A stretch of DNA of 64,000 nucleotides from an uncultured bacterium (GTDB taxonomy: Bacteria; UBP7; UBA6624). Of the stretch, positions 9,869-19,197 are shown in pieces; the stretch's first letter is position 1, and the number at the start of each line of letters is the position of its first letter. The translations under genes were made by a program, and so were the position numbers. Under the pieces are notes generated by a model. That model saw only the letters and a program-made list of their open reading frames with translations. It did no database searches and was not told the DNA's origin. The stretch spans positions 15,612 through 79,611 of the forward strand of contig CAZFBE010000001.1 in NCBI GenBank assembly GCA_964517115.1, written 5' to 3'.

Positions 9869-10565
9869 CTTCGACCAAACTTAAATTAACCTTTAGCTTT
9901 GAATTAACATTAAATGGCTTTATCAAATAATCAAACATCATTTCAAATTTTTTTATTTTTTCATCTTCATATATGTAAAAAATATGAAAAATAATGTTTT
10001 TTTCTGTAGGGATAAGTCCCTTGTCGTTTTTTATTGAAAATTCTCCAATCATTTTTACTGTTTTGTTTTTTTCTTCTGGAATATAGTCTAAATTCCATAC
10101 ATACAAAACATCATCTTCTGTCATTTTTCCATTTATATTTTTTCCATCTAACTCTTTTAAATAAGAGTGTGTATAAATCTCATATGGCCCAAAACCCAGA
10201 TGCTCAGGAAGAAAGGGTTTGCTTTTTTCTAAGTTAATTTCAAATTCAGGTAAACAGACTTCCCTAATTAAGTTTATTTGATTTTGGCTTAAGTCAGATC
10301 TTTCATTTTCAGATTGACAGATAAAACTAACAGCAATTGTGCCATCTTCATTTTTTTCTCCTGCAACCAGATAATAAACAATATCTGCACTTACAGACTC
10401 CTTTGATTCGTAAAATACCTGATCTCTAAAAATACTTCCTTCATATTTGTAAATCTCCCCTTGAGACAGCCAGTCAAACAAAAAAAACAAAAATCCGTAA
10501 ATCAAATCAATTTCCCCAATGAAATTTTTCCTTGACAACCGTCCAAAATTCAGCAGATTTTTCAC
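9861..10565 (-). CDS. hypothetical protein
   Basis: 234-aa ORF with a GTG start at 10565, which overlaps the nadK 3' end by 59 nt. An alternative TTG at 10505 sits 1 nt after the nadK stop. No motif recognised. Confidence 0.45.
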   Translation of the reverse strand: MKNLLNFGRLSRKNFIGEIDLIYGFLFFLFDWLSQGEIYKYEGSIFRDQVFYESKESVSADIVYYLVAGEKNEDGTIAVSFICQSENERSDLSQNQINLIREVCLPEFEINLEKSKPFLPEHLGFGPYEIYTHSYLKELDGKNINGKMTEDDVLYVWNLDYIPEEKNKTVKMIGEFSIKNDKGLIPTEKNIIFHIFYIYEDEKIKKFEMMFDYLIKPFNVNSKLKVNLSLVEDV

Positions 10566-11334
10566 TTCTTATCAGCTTGAAAAACAAATCACTTATTTTT
10601 ATCCTCAAACAATCAGAATTGGAAAACCTTATTGCATGCTGTCCATCAACAGACAGGGAATACTTTTTTTCTTTTAGCGGAGAAACAGAAACAACCTTAT
10701 CAGAAATAACCATCGGTCTAACGCCTATCAAATGCGCACAAATGGGAGTTAAAAGCATACAGGACATCTCAGGGTCTACAACAGGACCTCCAGCCGAAAG
10801 GTTGTAGGCAGTTGATCCTGTAGATGTAGAAACAACAAGGCCATCTCCTTTATACCTGAGAAGAGAATCATTAATTCGAATTTCAAAAGGAGAAACTGAG
10901 GAATGTCCTTCATGAGAAACAACCAAATCATTAACAGAAAGAAAACTTTTACTCTTTATGCTTCCTTCCAAAAGAGGCCTGTTTTCAAGAATATACTTAC
11001 CTTCAATAACTGATTTGAAAGTTTCTTTGAAGTTGTCTATATTCGTACTTGTCAAAAATCCAAAAGAGCCGATGGAAACTCCAAGAATCGGAATTTGCCT
11101 TGTTGCAGACATCCTTCCTGCATTCAATATCGTTCCATCTCCGCCCAAGACCACCAACAAATCAAAATCTTCTTCGAGGTATTGTCTTTTTTCAACATAC
11201 ATATTCCTCAATCCAGCATCTTCATTGAGCAATATTGGATTTATTGAAAAAGAATTCAGGTCGTCAATTATCTTTTTTAAAAAAGAATCAACTCTCCTGT
11301 CGGTTGGGTTAACCCTTAGTGCTATCTTTTTCAT
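10507..11334 (-). CDS. nadK: NAD+ kinase
   Basis: VLGGDGT and GDGLVVSTSTGSTAYNLSAGGP motifs; C-terminal KFHWG. Confidence 0.9.
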   Translation of the reverse strand: MKKIALRVNPTDRRVDSFLKKIIDDLNSFSINPILLNEDAGLRNMYVEKRQYLEEDFDLLVVLGGDGTILNAGRMSATRQIPILGVSIGSFGFLTSTNIDNFKETFKSVIEGKYILENRPLLEGSIKSKSFLSVNDLVVSHEGHSSVSPFEIRINDSLLRYKGDGLVVSTSTGSTAYNLSAGGPVVDPEMSCMLLTPICAHLIGVRPMVISDKVVSVSPLKEKKYSLSVDGQHAIRFSNSDCLRIKISDLFFKLIRSEKSAEFWTVVKEKFHWGN

Positions 11335-11341
11335 TTTGCAG

Positions 11342-11974
11342 CTATGCTGGCTGAAATTTGATAACCTCTACAGGGCAAGCTTCAGCTGCATCAACTATAT
11401 CTTGCACCAATTCAAGATCAGGTTCTGGCTTAATGACACAAGTTTCCTCTTGGACATCGAAAACTTCTGGGCATATTTCCTCACAAGCATTACAAACAAT
11501 ACATCCTGGAGCAATCCAAACTTTTCCAATTTTCAAGTTGGATAGATCTATTGTGGTTTCTTCCTCAACAACTTCCTCAACACCAAAGCCAAATAACTTA
11601 GAAACTGACTGAGGCATAGTTCCTATAAAACCCTCTCTAGGCTTTATGAACTTTGTTTGTATCAAGTCAAGATACCACCACCACCTTTCAAAAGGGACAT
11701 CATCCCTTGGCAAATTTATGAAATCCTTAACTCGAAAATTGTCTAGCCTTTTGGATAAAACAACTCTATCAGCTTCAAAAATCCTTGCAACCATCTCTTC
11801 TTTTTCAGAAGAATCATCCATTTCTGAAATTAAGAATTCTGCTCTTTCTCTATATCCAACCCAAAATCTTACAATTTTTCCAGGATCTGCATAATTCCAA
11901 TAAGCTAAATTGAAATTAGCATAAGAATTTAAGCAAGTTATGATTAGCTCCCTAGGTTCTGCCTGTACTATCAT
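11342..11974 (-). CDS. fusion protein: unknown N-terminal domain (~140 aa) plus C-terminal ferredoxin domain
   Basis: C-terminus has CIVCNACEEICPEVF (C-x2-C-x2-C-x3-CP) and a distal ACP (AAEACPVEVI). The N-terminal part (ERWWWYLD) matches nothing I recognise. Confidence 0.65.
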   Translation of the reverse strand: MIVQAEPRELIITCLNSYANFNLAYWNYADPGKIVRFWVGYRERAEFLISEMDDSSEKEEMVARIFEADRVVLSKRLDNFRVKDFINLPRDDVPFERWWWYLDLIQTKFIKPREGFIGTMPQSVSKLFGFGVEEVVEEETTIDLSNLKIGKVWIAPGCIVCNACEEICPEVFDVQEETCVIKPEPDLELVQDIVDAAEACPVEVIKFQPA

Positions 11975-11989
11975 CGGTTATATTTTAAT

Positions 11990-12880
11990 TTAATAAATTG
12001 CAAAAAGCTCTTTATTTAAAAAGCTAAAACGGCCAAGAATATTAAATATATCTCCAAAAGGGTCTGATTCTGGGGTAATTGAAAAAGTTTTACAGCCATT
12101 ACTCTCTCCTATCTCTTTACAAAGATTGTTCAAGGCATCCTCATGGCTATAAACAACAGCATCAATCAATCCATTTTCTAAAGCTTTATTACCTGAATAT
12201 ACCCAGCCATTTGCAAGGCTTCTCACACCTTCGACACCTAAATCCTTTCTTCCCCAAGCAACATCCTGAACAAAGATTTCATAGGATTCATCTATCATCT
12301 CCTGGATGACAATACTGTCTTCATCACTCATATCCTTGAAAGAACTCCCTAGGTCCTTATACTCTCCAGCGGTAAAAGTTTGATCTTGAATTCCAACTTT
12401 TTCCATAAGCTTCACAAAGTTGAAATTTGAAAAAATAACCCCTATTGAACCCACGAGAGAAGAGGGTAGTGATGAAATATGATTTGAAGCACTCGCAGCA
12501 TAATACCCTCCTGAAGCACCAAGCTCTCCAATGTAAGAATGTATTATCTTGTTTTTTGTCACCATGTTTTCATCTGTGTATTCTGCCTCTCTAAATTTTC
12601 TTAAAGCCCAATATATTTCCTGAGAACCCCCAACAGTTCCTCCAGGACTATTTATATCCAAGAAAAGAGCCTTAATGTCATTGTTTTTTGCTGCATCTAA
12701 AATAGCATTTGCAACAGCCCTGCTTCCAACATTCATTCCAGAAGATTCCTGCATTATTGCGCCTTTGATGTCAAGTAAAGCTATACTAGAGCCTCCTGGG
12801 TAATTCAAATCACTATCGTCTATAAACAACGTCAGCAACAATATAACAAAAAACACAATCCATCCTTTTTTATTCTTCAT
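11990..12880 (-). CDS. sppA: signal peptide peptidase SppA (S49, 36K type)
   Basis: N-terminal TM; ASGGYYAAS and GSIGVIF motifs of the S49 family. Confidence 0.85.
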   Translation of the reverse strand: MKNKKGWIVFFVILLLTLFIDDSDLNYPGGSSIALLDIKGAIMQESSGMNVGSRAVANAILDAAKNNDIKALFLDINSPGGTVGGSQEIYWALRKFREAEYTDENMVTKNKIIHSYIGELGASGGYYAASASNHISSLPSSLVGSIGVIFSNFNFVKLMEKVGIQDQTFTAGEYKDLGSSFKDMSDEDSIVIQEMIDESYEIFVQDVAWGRKDLGVEGVRSLANGWVYSGNKALENGLIDAVVYSHEDALNNLCKEIGESNGCKTFSITPESDPFGDIFNILGRFSFLNKELFAIY

Positions 12881-13869
12881 TTCATCCTCCTTGAAAAAAT
12901 CTCAAGCCATGATTCAGGGCTAAAGTTACAGTCTTTTGGGAGAATTGATTGCATGATCTCAAATGCCTCTTTTAAAAGTGCCTCAGCCTCTGTTATGCAG
13001 TCCTCCACTATATTTTTATCCATCATCAAATCGCTTATTTCAGCAATATTGCTCTTCACCCAAGTCTTCCATTTTTTTATATCATGTTTTCTTGGATAAT
13101 CCCCCGGTTCAAAAATATGCTTTTCTCGCAAACGAACTAAAGGCCTGTTCACAAAGCCTTCCAAAAGATCATGTCCGGTAGGTTTTCCAACAACAGTCTC
13201 TCCGCCGACCCAGTCTAAACAATCATCAATCAGCTGAAAACTTTCCCCTATCAGCTCTCCAGCAAAAGCTAAAGATTTAACCTTGTCTTCATTAAGCCCA
13301 GCTATCCTTCCCGAAATCTCAGCTGAAAGCCTGAAGAGAGAACCTGTTTTTTCTTGAGCTATCCTGGAAAGAAGGCCATCGGAAACTTGAAAATCATATC
13401 TAGCTTCATGCTCTAAAAGAATTCCTCTTGACAAAGCTCTTGAAGCTCTTGCAAAATCTCCTATAACCTTTCTGTCATGATCTTCTGACAAAACCTCCAA
13501 AACCCTACCTAGTAAAAAATCCCCTAGAAGTATTGCTGTTTTTGGACCCCATCCTAAATTTACACTTATTTCTGATCTTCTTTTTGGGGCATCGTCAACC
13601 ACGTCATCATGCAAAAGACTGACTTGATGCAATGTTTCAACAAGCGCACCAAGTTTTATAGCCCTCTTGTCGATCTTGCATTTGAAGAAATCAAGCATGA
13701 TAAGTAAGAACTTCGGCCTAACTCTCTTTCCACCAGTTTTTGCGATATGGTATAAAACTTCGTCATACCACTCTCCATCTGGCTCTCCTGACAACTTGTC
13801 ACACTCTCTATTTAAATCATCTATAACAGACTTGTCCAAACTAGACCAAAGAGAAGAAAAGTCACTCAT
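12877..13869 (-). CDS. ispB: polyprenyl diphosphate synthase (long-chain trans-prenyltransferase)
   Basis: Two aspartate-rich motifs, LLHDDVVDD and QLIDDCLD; 330 aa. Confidence 0.8.
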   Translation of the reverse strand: MSDFSSLWSSLDKSVIDDLNRECDKLSGEPDGEWYDEVLYHIAKTGGKRVRPKFLLIMLDFFKCKIDKRAIKLGALVETLHQVSLLHDDVVDDAPKRRSEISVNLGWGPKTAILLGDFLLGRVLEVLSEDHDRKVIGDFARASRALSRGILLEHEARYDFQVSDGLLSRIAQEKTGSLFRLSAEISGRIAGLNEDKVKSLAFAGELIGESFQLIDDCLDWVGGETVVGKPTGHDLLEGFVNRPLVRLREKHIFEPGDYPRKHDIKKWKTWVKSNIAEISDLMMDKNIVEDCITEAEALLKEAFEIMQSILPKDCNFSPESWLEIFSRRMK

Positions 13870-14260
13870 TTTTTATTTCCGCCAATACATTCCATCTATT
13901 TAAGATCTTTTCCAACATCTCTTTTGCATAATCATGATTGAAAGGACCCCAAGTTACTATCATATTATTATTATCTCTTTTAACTTTTATATAAGGAGGA
14001 GGATACAGGTTTAGAGACTCTTCATTTGACCAAGATGAAAATTTAAACAAAAAACTTTCCAAAGCTTCTGAATCAGTAAAGGATCCGACATAAATGCTAA
14101 CATTATCCGACCTTTTTTCAAAAACTTCAAAAGAACTTGAATCTCCGTAAGCTTTAATGAAAAAGACAAAAGAAACGATTGAGACAAAAAGAACATACAA
14201 CTGTTTTGAATATTTAAAAACAAAACCTTTAAACCCTGATTCTTTTCTATAATTTTCCAT
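13862..14260 (-). CDS. SPOR-domain membrane protein (DedD-like)
   Basis: N-terminal TM plus a C-terminal SPOR-like pattern (IYVGSFTDSEALESF ... IVTWGPFNHDYAKEMLEKI). It sits directly downstream of folC, as dedD does in E. coli. Confidence 0.5.
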   Translation of the reverse strand: MENYRKESGFKGFVFKYSKQLYVLFVSIVSFVFFIKAYGDSSSFEVFEKRSDNVSIYVGSFTDSEALESFLFKFSSWSNEESLNLYPPPYIKVKRDNNNMIVTWGPFNHDYAKEMLEKILNRWNVLAEIKNE

Positions 14261-15362
14261 TAAACAATTTCAATAATCTAGAGGCTAAATACAAAGACCC
14301 AACAATAAGAGAATCTTCTTCACTTCCGAGAACCCATTCTAATATTTCAGAATCTGTTTTTAAATAATCCCAATCTTTTGGAGGAGAATCTGAATCCCAG
14401 GGTTGAGGAAGGTTGCACCATGCAATTTCATCAAATCCAAAATTACGAATAACCTCTTCACAATCTTTTAATTTCCCTTTCTTCATGCCTACCAATGCTC
14501 TTTTTATCTTGAGGTCTTTTAAATTCTGAAACAGGTAAATCAAACCTTCTCGATTGTGAGCCCCATCCAAAACAAGAAATGGTTTTTTTCTCAAGACCTG
14601 AAAACGTCCTTTTATACCAAAGTCCAGATTTAAATCATCCTCTTTTAAATTCATTTTTAAAAAATTTGCTGCAGTTATCGCTAAAATTTTATTTTTCCCC
14701 AAAAAACCTTCATTGGGTTCTGGTTTGACATAAATGACTTTTTTTGAAAACAAATCTTTATACTTTTTGTTTTCAGAAAAAGTTATCAATTGGACATCTT
14801 TAATATCTGAAATTTTTGACTTTAGTATCTTTTCCCTAGTATCTCCCAAAAACTCTTGATGATCAAGACCTATAGAGGTTAAAACAATCAAATCTGAAAG
14901 TACTGATGCTGTTGCATCCTTTGGGCCTCCAAGCCCTGCTTCTAGAACCAGATAATCGGCCTCCTCTTGCTTGTTTAACAAAAGACAAATCAAAAACAAA
15001 GCTTCAAAATAAGTAAACTGCCTTTTTATACTTTTTTCATAAACAGATATAAGCTTATCAAATTCTGACAGCAAGGACATATCTATCTTTACCCCATTCA
15101 TCAATATCCTCTCATTTGGATTAAAAACATGAGGAGATATGAAAGTGATACAGTTGAATTTATTCTGCCTAATTATCGAATCTAAAAACAAAGAAGTAGA
15201 AGTTTTTCCATTAGTTCCCCTTACTGTAATTACTTTATTTTTAGGTTTTATTTTTAAATCTGAAATTGCCTTTTTTAAAAGGGCAAGGTCGAAAAGAGCA
15301 AAACTTTCCCCCCTGTAAGATATTGGGTCAAAACTGCTCAATAAACCTAGAACCACCTTCAA
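14247..15362 (-). CDS. folC: folylpolyglutamate synthase / dihydrofolate synthase
   Basis: Mur-ligase P-loop VRGTNGKTST; SPHVFNPNERI; 371 aa, on the short side for FolC. Confidence 0.75.
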   Translation of the reverse strand: MKVVLGLLSSFDPISYRGESFALFDLALLKKAISDLKIKPKNKVITVRGTNGKTSTSLFLDSIIRQNKFNCITFISPHVFNPNERILMNGVKIDMSLLSEFDKLISVYEKSIKRQFTYFEALFLICLLLNKQEEADYLVLEAGLGGPKDATASVLSDLIVLTSIGLDHQEFLGDTREKILKSKISDIKDVQLITFSENKKYKDLFSKKVIYVKPEPNEGFLGKNKILAITAANFLKMNLKEDDLNLDFGIKGRFQVLRKKPFLVLDGAHNREGLIYLFQNLKDLKIKRALVGMKKGKLKDCEEVIRNFGFDEIAWCNLPQPWDSDSPPKDWDYLKTDSEILEWVLGSEEDSLIVGSLYLASRLLKLFNGKL

Positions 15363-16368
15363 GCAAAAGCCTAATATCCTTTATTCCGTACCTAAGCATG
15401 GTAAGCCTGTCAACACCCATACCAAAAGCCAGACCTTTCCAGTCCTTGGAGTTGATTCCTGACATTTCTAAAACATTTGGATGAACCATCCCACAGCCAC
15501 CAACCTCAATCCAATTTTCATTTTTGCTGCCACTGTAAGCAATTGCAACCTCGGCAGATGGCTCTGTAAAGGGAAAATAATCTGGTCTAAATCTAATAGT
15601 AACGTCTCCAAAAAATTCTTTACAAAATTCAGCCAGCAAGCCTTTAAGGTCTGAAAATTTAACCTCTCTATCTATCAAAAGGCCTTCTATCTGATGAAAA
15701 ACGCTTGCATGTGTACTGTCATCATTCTCCCTCCTGTAAACTCTTCCAGGACAAATAATTCTTAATGGAAGCTCTTCTTCCTGCATTACTTTTGATTGAA
15801 CTGAAGACGTATGAGTCCTTAAAAGCAAGTCTCTATTTAGCCAGAAGGTGTCTGTTTCATCTCTTGCAGGATGGTCTTTTGGTATGTTTAATAGTGAAAA
15901 GTTATTCTTTTCAGACTCAACTTCAGGACCATCAACAACTGAAAACCCCATTGTTTTAAAAATTTCAACCGATTCTCTTTTAACGATCTCTAGCGGATGA
16001 AGTTTTCCATTAACCTTTTTATTTGAAGGAAGATACTTGTTCCTAGAATGCTCTTTACTTAAGTTTGACACCTTGCCTTTATCAATTTCTTTTAGTCTTT
16101 CCTTGTATTTTTCAATTACTCTATTCCTTGCTAAATTAACCTCCATCCCAAGTAATTTTCTCTTTTCCCCATCAAGATCTTTCATTAATTTTAGATTTGA
16201 GGTAATTTTTTCTAAATAACGAGACCTTATCCCTGAAATCTCATTAACCTCATTTTTCTCAAGCATGAGGTTACAACATTCAAGAACGAGCTTTTTGATA
16301 TCTTTCACAAGGTTATGTTTTTCTTCCTTTTGGCCTAGATGCAGAAACATAACCGTCTTTTGAAGCAT
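15328..16368 (-). CDS. pheS: phenylalanine--tRNA ligase alpha subunit
   Basis: Class II motifs FRPDYFPFTEPSAEV and GMGVDRLTML. The start may be an internal Met, since the longest ORF overlaps gatC by 56 nt. Confidence 0.9.
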   Translation of the reverse strand: MLQKTVMFLHLGQKEEKHNLVKDIKKLVLECCNLMLEKNEVNEISGIRSRYLEKITSNLKLMKDLDGEKRKLLGMEVNLARNRVIEKYKERLKEIDKGKVSNLSKEHSRNKYLPSNKKVNGKLHPLEIVKRESVEIFKTMGFSVVDGPEVESEKNNFSLLNIPKDHPARDETDTFWLNRDLLLRTHTSSVQSKVMQEEELPLRIICPGRVYRRENDDSTHASVFHQIEGLLIDREVKFSDLKGLLAEFCKEFFGDVTIRFRPDYFPFTEPSAEVAIAYSGSKNENWIEVGGCGMVHPNVLEMSGINSKDWKGLAFGMGVDRLTMLRYGIKDIRLLLEGGSRFIEQF

Positions 16369-16609
16369 TTGCTAATTTCAAAATAACATCCTTTGGAAGG
16401 GACTTTACTTGAATATCCTCTTCCCCCTCGCTTGTTTTTTTGTGAAATTGATCGTCAGTTTCAATATTCTTTTCTAAAATCTGATTCATCCAATCTAAAA
16501 GTTTAGGGAATTCTTTTGAATAAATAGAAATTTCATCGCTACTTAAATCAAGATTACTCAAACGAGCGAGCTTTGAAACAATCTCTTCGTATTCATTTCT
16601 TCTGTTCAT
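16313..16609 (-). CDS. gatC: Asp-tRNA(Asn)/Glu-tRNA(Gln) amidotransferase subunit C
   Basis: 98 aa; GatC-like N-terminus (VSKLARLSNLDLSSDEI ... LLDWMNQI). Confidence 0.75.
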   Translation of the reverse strand: MNRRNEYEEIVSKLARLSNLDLSSDEISIYSKEFPKLLDWMNQILEKNIETDDQFHKKTSEGEEDIQVKSLPKDVILKLANASKDGYVSASRPKGRKT

Positions 16610-16655
16610 CAGGTATCAATTATAAGATTTCAAATTATAGAATTCATATTAAATA

Positions 16656-17582
16656 ATGAAATGGCTTAACAAAAACAAAACCTACAGAACTGATGAATGG
16701 ATGGAGACTGCGTTATACCATCCAGAAAGAGGATATTACAGAAAAAGAGAAAATGAACCTGGGGCTTCCGGAGACTTTTACACACCAATACACCTGAGTA
16801 ACATATTTGCAAAAATGGTTTGCATTGAAATTGAAAAAAAGGGCTATAAAAAAATTGTTGAATTTGGTGGGGGTGATGGATATTTTGCAAATCAAATTAC
16901 TGCCTTGAAGAAAATCAAGGACTACACAATTGTTGACTGGGCTAAAAACAGTGATATAAAAACAATAAGACCTCAGGAATACTTTAAAAAGAACATACAA
17001 AAAGAATCTTTGATTTTGGGTATTGAATTTTTAGACGCATTTCCAGCAAGGAGATTCAAATTGGAAAAGAAATGGCTTGAAGAATATTGGTTTTACGATA
17101 GCGGAAAATGGAAAAATAAGTGGAGGGATGTTGAAAAAATGAATGATTTTCTAAAAAATCTAAAGAGCCCTAGAAAGAATGAAATTATCGAATTTCATCC
17201 ATCTTTAGAAAAGTTCATAAAAAATTTAAAACAAAATTTCAAAAACTCAAGTTTTCTTTTTTTAGACTACGGAAAGAAAAGTATCCATGGAGACAGTTTA
17301 AGGGGTTTTAAAAATCACAAACAAATTTCTCCATTTTCAAATCCAGGAGAAACAGACTGGACAACAGATGTAAGATGGGGAAGATTTTCCGATCTTTCAA
17401 AAAAACATGATTTAAAAAACTTAAAAATCAAAACATTAACAAATTTCTCTTTAGACAAAATAGAGTCATCAGAAAAAATATTCATGGAAGATAACTCTTA
17501 TAAAAACCGAATGTCAATGAAGGAATTAATTTCTCCATTTGGGATGGGAGAGGTTTTTCAAGTAGCAACAGGAGATATATAG
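16656..17582 (+). CDS. SAM-dependent methyltransferase, MidA/NDUFAF7 (DUF185) family
   Basis: WMETALYHPERGYYRK ... GDFYTP ... VEFGGGDGYFA pattern typical of the MidA family. Confidence 0.7.
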   Translation: MKWLNKNKTYRTDEWMETALYHPERGYYRKRENEPGASGDFYTPIHLSNIFAKMVCIEIEKKGYKKIVEFGGGDGYFANQITALKKIKDYTIVDWAKNSDIKTIRPQEYFKKNIQKESLILGIEFLDAFPARRFKLEKKWLEEYWFYDSGKWKNKWRDVEKMNDFLKNLKSPRKNEIIEFHPSLEKFIKNLKQNFKNSSFLFLDYGKKSIHGDSLRGFKNHKQISPFSNPGETDWTTDVRWGRFSDLSKKHDLKNLKIKTLTNFSLDKIESSEKIFMEDNSYKNRMSMKELISPFGMGEVFQVATGDI

Positions 17583-17606
17583 ATTATTTATCTAGAATAA
17601 AACATA

Positions 17607-18398
17607 ATGAAACGTTTATTCTTGAATATAGGAAAAAGCATTGCAGAACAGTCTTCCGACTTGGGGAGAGGAGCATTCAGGAACCTGGGAAGTTTTGTCT
17701 CTTCTATATGGGAAGGCCTTCATGGCCCTTACAAATTTTATTTTTCTGAATTTGTATATTTCTCATCAAGTTCTGGAGTAAATGCCTTTGGCATAGTAGC
17801 TATAACAAGTGCTGTTGCAGGGGTAACATCATCTTACTTGATAGCAGAAGAAGTTAGAAGAGCAGGGGTAGGTGCTGAGTTCATGGGAGGCGGAGTGACT
17901 CAAATGTTAGTAACCCAGCTTGTCCCAATATTAGTTGGACTTGTTGTAGCAGGAAGGACGGGAAGCGCTATAACCGCATCTATAGGAACAATGAAAATTA
18001 CCGAACAAATTGAAGCTCTCAAAAGCATATCGACAGATCCAATTCAATTTTTATTTTTCCCAAGGCTTATTGGCTTAATGGTTGCACTTCCTTGCTTGAC
18101 AATATTGGGTTGTGTAATGGGTAATTTTGCAGGATATTTTGCCGCTGAAAGAGTTCTTCATCTGTCCTGGAGCACTTGGACCTTCTCTATCTTAGACTTA
18201 TTTGAAATAGAAAAATTATTCCATTCGATTTACAAAAGCGTAATTTTTGGAGCAATAATTACCATAGTTAGCTTTTACCAAGGTTGGACTGTTCATCAGA
18301 GTTCAGAAGAACTTTCAAGAAGGATTCAAATCGGAGTTGTAGGCTCTATGACCTTTATACTCATAGCAAATTTAATAATGACCGTCCTTGTTTTTTAA
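17607..18398 (+). CDS. mlaE: MlaE-family ABC transporter permease
   Basis: 263 aa polytopic membrane protein; MlaE-like EQIEALKSISTDPIQFLFFPRLIG. Confidence 0.85.
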   Translation: MKRLFLNIGKSIAEQSSDLGRGAFRNLGSFVSSIWEGLHGPYKFYFSEFVYFSSSSGVNAFGIVAITSAVAGVTSSYLIAEEVRRAGVGAEFMGGGVTQMLVTQLVPILVGLVVAGRTGSAITASIGTMKITEQIEALKSISTDPIQFLFFPRLIGLMVALPCLTILGCVMGNFAGYFAAERVLHLSWSTWTFSILDLFEIEKLFHSIYKSVIFGAIITIVSFYQGWTVHQSSEELSRRIQIGVVGSMTFILIANLIMTVLVF

Positions 18399-18401
18399 AA
18401 A

Positions 18402-19169
18402 ATGAAAATTGAAATTAAAAATATTTCCTTTGGCCATAATTTAGGTGAAAAAATATTAGAAAATTTTAATTATTCAATACCTGAAGGTGTTTTTGGAATA
18501 CTTGGCCAAAGCGGTTGTGGAAAATCTACCTTATTGCGAATAGTAGGAGGCCTTTTAAGGCCTGACGAAGGTGACGTCTTGATAAACGGGGAATCAGTCT
18601 GGAAAAATACGATCATTAAGAAAAAAAAGATGTCAAAAAAAATAGGAATGGTTTTTCAAGGTGGAGCATTATTTGATTTTTTGAATGTTGAAGGCAATTT
18701 GAAATTTGCAATGGATTCAACAGGGGTTAAGAAAGAGGAATGGGATTCAAAAATTGAAAAAATTTTAGAATCTGTTGGCTTGGATAATGTTGAAAACATA
18801 AGAAAGAGATTTGTAAGTCAGCTTTCTGGAGGGCAAGCAAGAAGGGTGGGTTTGGCGAGAACTCTCGTAACAAGTCCTGAAATTATGCTTTTTGACGAAC
18901 CAACAACAGGGCTTGATCCTCAAAGGTCCAGAAGCATAATAGAGATTATCAAATCTTCATTGTCTAATTCCAAAATCTCAATAATAGTGAGCCATGATAT
19001 AGCCTTCATATCGGAAGTTTGTACACAGGCAATACTTATAGAAAATGGGGTAGTTGGAGCAACTGTAGATAACAAAAACCTAAACAAAATCATAAATTCA
19101 AAAAAAATAGATTACAAGGATGAAAATTTGAGAAAATTAAGCAAGTTTATTAAAGGATTACCAACTTAA
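18402..19169 (+). CDS. mlaF: MlaF-family ABC transporter ATP-binding protein
   Basis: Walker A GQSGCGKST, signature LSGGQARRVGLAR, Walker B MLFDEPTTGLDP. Confidence 0.85.
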   Translation: MKIEIKNISFGHNLGEKILENFNYSIPEGVFGILGQSGCGKSTLLRIVGGLLRPDEGDVLINGESVWKNTIIKKKKMSKKIGMVFQGGALFDFLNVEGNLKFAMDSTGVKKEEWDSKIEKILESVGLDNVENIRKRFVSQLSGGQARRVGLARTLVTSPEIMLFDEPTTGLDPQRSRSIIEIIKSSLSNSKISIIVSHDIAFISEVCTQAILIENGVVGATVDNKNLNKIINSKKIDYKDENLRKLSKFIKGLPT

Positions 19170-19197
19170 TGAATAAGAATTTTATAATTAGAAAAGA

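Noticed and set aside
10958-11545. A 195-aa plus-strand ORF spanning the nadK/ferredoxin-fusion junction.
   Set aside because: It is antisense to two well-supported genes and runs across their intergenic spacer. Its translation is low-complexity and has no motif.
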